From the NCBI GenBank assembly GCA_963674755.2, contig CAXXVS010000002.1:1312001-1376000 (forward strand): 64,000 nt of DNA. Reading direction: 5' to 3'. A program made the translations under genes and the position numbers. The stretch comes from Desulfobacterales bacterium (GTDB taxonomy: Bacteria > Desulfobacterota > Desulfobacteria > Desulfobacterales > UBA5852). The notes beneath the pieces were generated by a model that saw only the letters and a list, made by a program, of their open reading frames with translations, did not search any database and was not told the origin of the DNA. Shown piece after piece: positions 52,939 to 60,286 of this stretch; within the stretch, counting starts at the first letter, position 1; each line of letters begins with the position of its first letter.

Positions 52939-53577
52939 TTATTCGAATTGCGCCTTGAAGGCCTGAAAAGCGGCCTTAAGCGCTGCCGTTTCCCCTTGCA
53001 GCGCTGACAGCTCGGCTTCGAGGATGGCAATCCGCTCCCCAAGCGGGGCTTGACCTTCCGGGAGGCTTTCCTCCGTTGCGGATGGCGGCGGCGACCCGTC
53101 CCCCAGCAGATGGGTAAAGCGTGCTTCCTTGTGGCCGGGAAGCCGTCCCATGCGTTCGGCAAGTCCCCAATCAGCAAGCTTTTCCAGGGTTTCAGCGACC
53201 GCCTCCAAATGTTCAAAAGCGTACAGGCGCCCACTGCGGGAGCGAATTTCACCGGCGGTCTGGGGCCCCCTGAGCATCAATACGCACAGGGCCGCAATCT
53301 CACGCGGGACCAGATTGTGTTCCCGCGACAAGTATTCTTCATATTTGGGCACACGTCCGACCCGGCTCTGATTGACAAGCCCTTTTTCTTCCAGGCCGTC
53401 CAGGGTCGCCTGCACTTCCGATTCACTGTAGGCCGCCACCGGGTCTCGATTGGATTTCTGATTGCAGGCGTTTGTAAGGGCATTGACAGAAAGGGGGTAG
53501 TATTCCGGCGTGGCCAGGGCTTTTTCCATGAGGCTTCCCAGAATCCGTATTTCAATCGTGTTCAGTGGCGCTGCCAT
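52939..53577 (-). CDS. yceH: YceH/DUF480 family protein
   Basis: RILGSLMEKALATPEYYPLSVNALTNACNQKSNRDPV, LRGPQTAGE, PGHKEARFTHLL; GGAGG RBS. Confidence 0.93.
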   Translation of the reverse strand: MAAPLNTIEIRILGSLMEKALATPEYYPLSVNALTNACNQKSNRDPVAAYSESEVQATLDGLEEKGLVNQSRVGRVPKYEEYLSREHNLVPREIAALCVLMLRGPQTAGEIRSRSGRLYAFEHLEAVAETLEKLADWGLAERMGRLPGHKEARFTHLLGDGSPPPSATEESLPEGQAPLGERIAILEAELSALQGETAALKAAFQAFKAQFE

Positions 53578-53704
53578 AGCAGAAACCTCCTCCCGATGTC
53601 TGGGGATGGCATGACGTCCCCCCGCCATTGGAACGTATCTCGAAAAATCGAAGCGCCCCTGACCGCGTTTCCAGCGATACGGGATACCGCATCTGGTTTT
53701 TATG

Positions 53705-53797
53705 AATAAGGGGCATAGCGCGCCGGCTCAAAATGCTCACATCTGTCGTGTACGCTCCGCTTTGTCACCGCCTCGCGCCTTGTCAGAAACCCTAATC
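53705..53797. repeat. degenerate intergenic palindrome (ERIC-like element)
   Basis: Nested arms AGGG/CCCT, GCGCG/CGCGC, CGG/CCG, CAAA..GC/GCTTTG around core GCTCACAT...GTACGCTCC; shares CGCGCCTTG with the 14771 element. Confidence 0.45.
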
Positions 53798-53819
53798 TTA
53801 ATTTTGAGATGCGTTCCAA

Positions 53820-56120
53820 TCAGGCCTGGACGACGCGATTGCGTCCGGACCTTTTGGCCGTATAGAGCGCCTGGTCGGCGCGACGGATCATGGCTTCGAG
53901 TGTTAAATCATTCTCGTTAAGACCGGCCAGACCGATACTAACGGTAAAGCGGATAGACGGTGCGCCGTCTTCCCCCTCAAGAGCGCTGTTGCTCACGCGC
54001 TCTCTCAGACGCTCCGCCACCCGGGCGGCATTGGCGGCATCGGTTTCCGGCAACACGGCGGAAAATTCTTCGCCGCCTGTCCGTCCGAAAATATCCGTGA
54101 CACGAAATACGCTCTGGCAGGTCTGCACAAACGTCCTCAGCACGGCGTCTCCCACAGGATGGCCATGGGTATCGTTGATCTTCTTGAAATGATCCATGTC
54201 CATCAAGAGCACCGCAAGGGAGTGGCCATAGCGCCGGTGCCGCAGAAATTCCTGCCGCGCCTTCTGGAAAAAGCGGCGGCGGTTAAACGCGCCGGTCAGG
54301 GGATCGGTGGTGGCCAGCCGGCGCAGCTCCGCCTCCATATGCCGCCGCCCGGTGATGTCGTTGCCGACGCTCAAGATTTCGGCGATGCGCCCCTCGTCGT
54401 CCGTAATGGCGCGATTGGTCCAGTAGATCCAGACCCGGCGTCCGTCCCGGGTGATATTTTCGTTTTCGTTGTTGCGAAAGCGGTCAGGGTCGTTGCGGAT
54501 CGCCTCCATCAGGTGGCCAAGGTCACGCTTGGATATGCTCTCGCTTTCCGGAACAATGGTCCCCACGACGTTTTTCCCGATCAGCGCTTCGGCTTCGTAC
54601 CCAAAAAACTTCAAGCCGTAGGGATTCATGAAGACAATGCGCCCCTTGGCGTCCCACCGCAAAATAATGCTGTTGACGCTATTCACGAGATTCCGGTAGT
54701 TTTTTTGGCCGGCCCGCAGGGCCGCCTCCATGTCGCGGCGTTCGGAAATTTCAGTTTGCAGGCGACGGTTGGTCGCAATCAATTCCGATGTCCGCTCCTG
54801 GACCCGCGCCTCCAATTCGTCACGTGCTTTCCGAAGGGCCTCTTCGGTCCTGATTTTTTCGCGCAGCAAATCGTCCACCTCGGATTTGATGACGCTGATG
54901 GCATCATAGACCGGGCCCAGCGGGCTCTCTGTATGAATGCCTTCCGACAGGGCCAATCCGTCGCGCTCCCAGTCGATGCGGCCGATGAATTCCATCAGAT
55001 GCTCGACGCCACCTCCCGCATCCCCTGTTTTGCGATCTTTCACAAGGGGCTGACCATCGCTTCGGCCGTTTGCGGATGCGGTTTTCTTTTTGCGGGCCAC
55101 AAGGCTCAGCGCGTCATCAAAATCCTTGGACACATAGGTTTTGAAGGGCAGCGTGAATTTCGAAAAGCTGGCCACGGCGGCCATGAACTGATTGAGTCCG
55201 TAAATAATATAGGCCTCAAAGGGCACCTTCCCGTGCCAGGCTGAAATCGCGTCTATATAGCATTTGCGCGCCCGCCGCTCCACGCCCTGCAAGTTACGTG
55301 CGCCGACAATGAGATAAAGGGGGCCATGCACCGCGGCCAAAGCGTTATAGATACGATCCCGCAGGGCGATCAGATCGGGCAAATGCTGGTCACGCAGAAC
55401 GCCCCGGGAAACCGAGTGCAGGATGTGCCCGTCCACCACCTCCAATCGCGTCCCATAGCCGCCCCTCTCAAAGCCCCAATCTTCACGACGGAGGATGATG
55501 TGCGGGGAACCGTCACGGGCCTTGAATTGGCTGATGAAGGTTCCTTCGGGCCACAGCGCGGATGACGAAAGACCGGTGGCTTTGTGCAGAAGATCGCAGG
55601 CCATGAAAACGGCATCCGTGTAATGACTGGCGATATGGACATCGATCTGGATGATGTTGAGCCGCTTGCCCAGTTTGGTGCTCATGCGCAGCATGGGGGA
55701 GAGGCCGTAGAAAATGACGCCGGCCATCCGGTCGCGCGCGAGCATGCGGCGGATGAAGCAGCGCCGTCCCTCCAAAGTCGTGCCTTCAAGATAGGTGTAG
55801 TCCAGGATATGGATATAGGGGCGATCACCGATTTCCTTCTCGATGAGCGCCTCGGTGAAATCGAAGGCTTTGCGCACCCCTGAGAGGGTGGCCCGTCCCT
55901 GGTTGTGGGTCAGCAGAATCGATCCGCCGATGATTTCCGCGGAGATCCGAAAGCCCGGTTCGAAGGTCACCTGCTGCCACTCCGCCCGCCGCCGCACCGG
56001 CAATCCGGTTATCGGGCAAATGAGTTGGAAAGCATCATCCGCCGCAGAACCCGGTCCGATGCCACCCGAGGCTTTATGGTGCGTTTGAACAGATGCCATT
56101 CCTTTGGCAACATGGTTCAT
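53820..56120 (-). CDS. PAS-domain diguanylate cyclase with duplicated N-terminal alpha/beta domains
   Basis: TDPLTG, DMDHFKKINDTHGH, RVTD I-site, GGEEF, ADQALY; PAS/PAC and coiled coil upstream; start uncertain. Confidence 0.94.
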   Translation of the reverse strand: MNHVAKGMASVQTHHKASGGIGPGSAADDAFQLICPITGLPVRRRAEWQQVTFEPGFRISAEIIGGSILLTHNQGRATLSGVRKAFDFTEALIEKEIGDRPYIHILDYTYLEGTTLEGRRCFIRRMLARDRMAGVIFYGLSPMLRMSTKLGKRLNIIQIDVHIASHYTDAVFMACDLLHKATGLSSSALWPEGTFISQFKARDGSPHIILRREDWGFERGGYGTRLEVVDGHILHSVSRGVLRDQHLPDLIALRDRIYNALAAVHGPLYLIVGARNLQGVERRARKCYIDAISAWHGKVPFEAYIIYGLNQFMAAVASFSKFTLPFKTYVSKDFDDALSLVARKKKTASANGRSDGQPLVKDRKTGDAGGGVEHLMEFIGRIDWERDGLALSEGIHTESPLGPVYDAISVIKSEVDDLLREKIRTEEALRKARDELEARVQERTSELIATNRRLQTEISERRDMEAALRAGQKNYRNLVNSVNSIILRWDAKGRIVFMNPYGLKFFGYEAEALIGKNVVGTIVPESESISKRDLGHLMEAIRNDPDRFRNNENENITRDGRRVWIYWTNRAITDDEGRIAEILSVGNDITGRRHMEAELRRLATTDPLTGAFNRRRFFQKARQEFLRHRRYGHSLAVLLMDMDHFKKINDTHGHPVGDAVLRTFVQTCQSVFRVTDIFGRTGGEEFSAVLPETDAANAARVAERLRERVSNSALEGEDGAPSIRFTVSIGLAGLNENDLTLEAMIRRADQALYTAKRSGRNRVVQA

Positions 56121-56311
56121 TCCAATATCGCTTTCAATTTTCGAATGTCGGTTGGTAACGGCGTCTCTGCAAACGGCCCCCCGCCGGGGGGTATCAAAAC
56201 CGGCAATTTCCAATCTTACCAACTACATCCTACCATAATTCAGGGCATGGCTCCAGCACTGGAAACGCGCTTTGGCAAAATTGGAGAGCGGCTTAAAGCC
56301 CGATTGAAGGC

Positions 56312-56342
56312 TTGACCCGTCTAAAGGTTCACAGTCTATGAA
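56312..56342 (+). promoter_or_regulatory. MerR-type promoter with 19-bp spacer
   Basis: TTGACC-N19-TATGAA upstream of the SRPBCC-merR pair; imperfect dyad CCGTCTA-AAGG-TTCACAG across the spacer. Confidence 0.55.
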
Positions 56343-56384
56343 CGGTGTATCACCGCTGACCCCACCCAACCAAAGGAGAATGCC

Positions 56385-56876
56385 ATGCCCTCTTTGCAAG
56401 CCAAACGCAACGTGCAAACCGGTATTATGCATCTAAACGCTGCCCCGCGCGATGTCTTCCCGCTGCTGTGTCCGCAACGCGAATACGACTGGATCGCGCC
56501 CTGGCAGTGCCGGATGATTTTTTCGGAAACCGGATTTGCCGAGGACAACGCGGTATTTTACACGGATTTTCGCCCCGATCGGGGGCCGGAATGGTGGGTC
56601 GTCAGCCGCTACGAACCCGTCCGTGCCATCGCTTTTGTCCGGTTTTCCCCCGGCATCCGTATCACCCGCCTGGACATTCAGCTGGCGGCCGACGGGCCGG
56701 GCCGCACCATCGCCACCTGGACCCAGACCATGACCGCCCTGAGCCCGGAGGGCAACGCCTATCTTGATCGTTATGGTAATTCGGCCTATACCCATGAAAC
56801 CGAAACGCTCGAACGCCTGCTCAACCACTACCTGGAAACCGGCCGCCCCTTGACCTTGTCCGAACCGGCACCGTAA
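56385..56876 (+). CDS. SRPBCC/START-fold-like protein
   Basis: VFPLLCPQREYDW, WVVSRYEP, C-terminal helix LNHYLETG; AAGGAG RBS. Confidence 0.78.
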   Translation: MPSLQAKRNVQTGIMHLNAAPRDVFPLLCPQREYDWIAPWQCRMIFSETGFAEDNAVFYTDFRPDRGPEWWVVSRYEPVRAIAFVRFSPGIRITRLDIQLAADGPGRTIATWTQTMTALSPEGNAYLDRYGNSAYTHETETLERLLNHYLETGRPLTLSEPAP

Positions 56877-56951
56877 GGTATTGTGCCACCGGACGAACGC
56901 GTTCACCCGCCGCTGGACCGGATTCCATTCGATTCTGAGGCATTGAGGACC

Positions 56952-57482
56952 ATGACGACGATCAGCCGACTGGCAAGGCGATTCAAGCTCTCCCGCAGCG
57001 CCCTGCTCTACTATGACCGCATCGGTCTGCTGCGGCCCTCGAGCCGCAGCCCGTCCAACTATCGACTCTACACCGAGGCCGACCGTCAGCGGCTGGAAGC
57101 CATCTGCCGCTACCGGCAGATCGGCCTTTCCCTGAAGACCATCGGGCGCATTCTGAACGCCTCCCGGGAAGGCGCCGGGACGGCCCTCAGGCAGCGCCTG
57201 CGAGACATCGAAGACCAAATCGAGGCCCTACGCCGCCAGCAGGAGGGGATACGCCGCCTTCTGGGTCAGGCCTCCCCCGATGACATGGCGCAGGGCCTGA
57301 CCCGCGAAAAGTGGACCGCCCTTCTGCGAGCCTCCGGCATGACAGACGCCGATATGCTTCAATGGCATGTGGGATTTGAACGCCTGTTCCCTAACGACCA
57401 TCAACTATTTTTGGAATCGTTGGGGATCCCGCCGGATGACATCGACGCTATTCGAACTTTTTCGCAAACGCGAAAAAGTTAA
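56952..57482 (+). CDS. MerR-family transcriptional regulator
   Basis: TISRLARRFKLSRSALLYYDRIGLLRP...NYRLY, coiled coil, small C-terminal domain WH-x2-FE-x5-HQ-x-FL. Confidence 0.93.
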   Translation: MTTISRLARRFKLSRSALLYYDRIGLLRPSSRSPSNYRLYTEADRQRLEAICRYRQIGLSLKTIGRILNASREGAGTALRQRLRDIEDQIEALRRQQEGIRRLLGQASPDDMAQGLTREKWTALLRASGMTDADMLQWHVGFERLFPNDHQLFLESLGIPPDDIDAIRTFSQTRKS

Positions 57483-57541
57483 TCCAAAATCACATATATA
57501 TTATGTCAACATATTGTATTTTTTAGGCTTAATATGTAATT
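57483..57541. other. AT-rich spacer between convergent genes
   Basis: Very AT-rich compared with the GC-rich surroundings; contains ACATA-N5-TATGT dyad and TTATGTCAAC. Confidence 0.5.
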
Positions 57542-58024
57542 TTAAACTGACAGCCGGGCGGCCAGACGGGCCACCCGTGCCCCAAGGTGGCGGGCATTTT
57601 CCCGGGTCGCGTCATCAGGCGCTCCTACGCAGGCCGTGCCATAATGCCCGGTGGCGGATAGCGGGTCGCCCACGATGATCATGCCGTAGATCAACAGGGC
57701 CTGAATGATGGAGAATATCGTGGTTTCCTTCCCCCCGGTGGCATCCCCCGCCGTCGCAAAGGCGGCACCCACCTTGTTTTCCATTTTTTTGCGAATCCCC
57801 ACGAAATCGTCGAACACACATTTGAGCTGGGCCGCCATGGTGCCGAAATAAACCGGCGACCCGGCGATGATGCCGGCCGCCTCGACAAAGTCCTCCTTGG
57901 CAACCTCATCCGTCTTCTTCAGGATGGGCGTCGCGCCCTCCACGCGCGCCACGCCTTCGGCGATCGCCTCCGCCAGGCGACGGGTATTACCCCCCTTGGA
58001 ATAGTACAGAACCAGAATCTTCAT
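57542..58024 (-). CDS. WrbA/flavodoxin-like NAD(P)H-dependent oxidoreductase
   Basis: YYSKGGNT, GSPVYFG, KVGAAF, GGKETT, HYG; AAGGAG RBS. Confidence 0.92.
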   Translation of the reverse strand: MKILVLYYSKGGNTRRLAEAIAEGVARVEGATPILKKTDEVAKEDFVEAAGIIAGSPVYFGTMAAQLKCVFDDFVGIRKKMENKVGAAFATAGDATGGKETTIFSIIQALLIYGMIIVGDPLSATGHYGTACVGAPDDATRENARHLGARVARLAARLSV

Positions 58025-58150
58025 GTGGTGCATCTCCTTTGGTATTGATCAAAGCTCCCCTTCGTATGCCGCGGTTTTAGAAGCAAGCCTCCCCCCTGTC
58101 AACCTGAACCGGTTCTTTTGCGCACCACAGGCGCCATGGGTCAGGTGGAC

Positions 58151-58177
58151 TAATGCTAGCGCAAAAAGGGGCGATAA
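58151..58177 (+). promoter_or_regulatory. possible sigma28 (FliA) promoter
   Basis: TAAT-N15-GGCGATAA versus consensus TAAA-N15-GCCGATAA, 40 bp before the ATG. Confidence 0.5.
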
Positions 58178-58216
58178 AAGGTTTCAGGAAGAATTCCTAT
58201 TTAAGCGGAGGTCAGA

Positions 58217-59053
58217 ATGACACCATCCATTACATCAGCCAACACGCTTGGACAGCCCCCTTTCATCCCAACTAATATAGCCGGCCAGGAAGTCCGGGTA
58301 TCGGAAAGCATCCGTCTGGCCGCCGTGGCGGAACGCAGCCAGGATATCACCCTCACGACCAAAGAAGGGGATACCGTGACCCTGTCCCTGGGCCAAAGCA
58401 CCGTGGCGGTCTATGGCCGGGACGGCCGTTGGTCGCAAATGCGGCAATCGGCCGAGAATTCCACTGGAGACCGGATAGACGTTGAAAGTCTGGCCGTGGA
58501 AACCCGTGAATGGTTCGGTATGGAATCCAGCCGGGAGTTCACTTTGTCTGTCGATGGCGATTTGAACGCAGCGGAAAAACGGGACATTCGCAAAGCATTG
58601 CAGCAGATCCACCACCTAATGGGGCGCGCCTTCAATGCCGATTCAGCCGCCGCCACGATTTCCGGTCTGGACACCCTGGACGGTATCGCGGTGGACATCC
58701 AACAGTCCCGGACCATCCTGGCAGCCCGCACCACCAGCGTCGCAGCTCTCACCTATGGCGCGGACGGTGAAGCAACGCCGGCTGCGGATAACACCTCGAC
58801 ATCGGAGCGGCCGATCTGGCAGACCGCTGCGGATGAAGCTGTCAGCCTGGTGAAAGGTACCGGAATCGCACCGTCGCATTTTGCCCATCCCCTGCGGCAG
58901 CTTTTCCGTCATTGGGCCGGACAGATGCGCCGGCACCACCGGACCTTCGAACCCATGGTGCGAATGGTGGCGGATTCCGTTTTCGCGCAACTCGGGATTG
59001 TTGCGCCAGCCGAATCATCGCCCCGGTTGAAGGCATCGGCATCCCATTATTAA
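58217..59053 (+). CDS. hypothetical protein
   Basis: GGAGG RBS; ITLTTKEGDTVTLSL and FTLSVDGDLNAAE-x2-DI motifs; Ser/Thr/Ala rich. Confidence 0.78.
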   Translation: MTPSITSANTLGQPPFIPTNIAGQEVRVSESIRLAAVAERSQDITLTTKEGDTVTLSLGQSTVAVYGRDGRWSQMRQSAENSTGDRIDVESLAVETREWFGMESSREFTLSVDGDLNAAEKRDIRKALQQIHHLMGRAFNADSAAATISGLDTLDGIAVDIQQSRTILAARTTSVAALTYGADGEATPAADNTSTSERPIWQTAADEAVSLVKGTGIAPSHFAHPLRQLFRHWAGQMRRHHRTFEPMVRMVADSVFAQLGIVAPAESSPRLKASASHY

Positions 59054-59072
59054 GGTTCGCAGGCGATGGGTA

Positions 59073-59921
59073 TCAATCCTGTGAGGACTGGTGAATGTCG
59101 ATGATCTTGGCATGGCGGCCGTAGTCCACGGTTTTGTAGCGGGTGATTTTCTGCAGCTTGCCGGTGATGTCGGCGATGCGCTCTACCTGCTCGAGGATTT
59201 GTTCGGCCAGTTCGTAGTGCTTGTCTTCCCGGTTGAGGTCCACCAGCATCAGTTCGGCATAGCCCGAAATCACCTGGAGAGGCTGATTGAGTTCATGGCA
59301 AACCGCACCGGCGGTTTCCAGGACGCCGATAAATTTCTCTTTCTGGGCCCGTTCCCGGGCGGCGCGATTCTTTTCCGTCAGGTCCAGCATCACGCCGACG
59401 CTGCCTGATTTTTCGGGCCCCTCACCGGCCACCGGAGCGGTATTGAAAAGAAAGTCCCGACGACGCCCGTCGGCACACGGGATTTCCGCTTCGAAAGCGT
59501 TTTTCGAGACGCGGTTGCGCTTCAGGCAGGTCACCAGCTCGTCCGGAAGGCTCCCCGCCAGCTCCTCAGCCCGGCTGCCGATAATGCGATCCCGCGTCAA
59601 GCCGACGATATCCCGCGCAAAGGCCTGGTTGCAGCCCCGGAAAACACCGTCCACGTCCTTGAAGAAAATAGGATTGGGAATCGTGTTGATGAGGGCGTCC
59701 ATCAGGTGGAGATAGCTGCGCAGTTTCTCTTCGGTACGCTCGCGAAGATCGGCCTCCCCCTGATGATGGTGTTCAAGATCCTGGTAATATTGATGTTTAG
59801 ATTGGGCGGTACGGCTCAATCGCAACAAACGCGCCCGCAGGCGTCCGTTATCCCGATAAAGCCAGCCAGCCGCCGCCAACGCCAGTATCAGCCCCACTAT
59901 GAACAAAATCTGAATCGACAT
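59073..59921 (-). CDS. TM-PAS-HisKA protein lacking an ATPase domain
   Basis: N-terminal TM; IPNPIFFKD...GCNQAF PAS; AGAVCHELNQPLQ H-box; ends about 60 aa later with no N/G boxes. Confidence 0.88.
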   Translation of the reverse strand: MSIQILFIVGLILALAAAGWLYRDNGRLRARLLRLSRTAQSKHQYYQDLEHHHQGEADLRERTEEKLRSYLHLMDALINTIPNPIFFKDVDGVFRGCNQAFARDIVGLTRDRIIGSRAEELAGSLPDELVTCLKRNRVSKNAFEAEIPCADGRRRDFLFNTAPVAGEGPEKSGSVGVMLDLTEKNRAARERAQKEKFIGVLETAGAVCHELNQPLQVISGYAELMLVDLNREDKHYELAEQILEQVERIADITGKLQKITRYKTVDYGRHAKIIDIHQSSQD

Positions 59922-60211
59922 ACCGTCGCACCCTATCCCCATGGGAACGGTCGGTTCCGGCCCGTCCTGCGCCACGCCCCCCCCCTCTGTCCAGCCCATC
60001 ATCGCTATCAGAATGGGAAGGCCTTGTAAACGATATCTCCCTAAACTAAATCCTAAAAATGCTTTGATTCAATCTGCCGGAAACCCCCGGCGTAGATTCC
60101 GATCGCTTGACAGCTAAAGTCAGAGGCCGAACGTACCGGTCTTGAAGGAAGACACGTCGTTGAGATGCAGACAGGCCTCAGGCCGTCGATGGACACAGGG
60201 GACGGCTTTTC

Positions 60212-60247
60212 CAAAGGCGGGACGACCGACTATCGCTCCCGCCTTTG
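60212..60247. terminator. hairpin downstream of hrpB
   Basis: 11-bp stem CAAAGGCGGGA / TCCCGCCTTTG. Confidence 0.5.
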
Positions 60248-60286
60248 CCGTTTTACCGATAGAGACCCACGGACCGTGCGCCTCTG

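Noticed and set aside
57484..57511. Complete dif site
   Set aside because: Only the XerD-like arm matches and the XerC arm lacks the terminal ATAA at the right spacing; kept only as a low-interest finding
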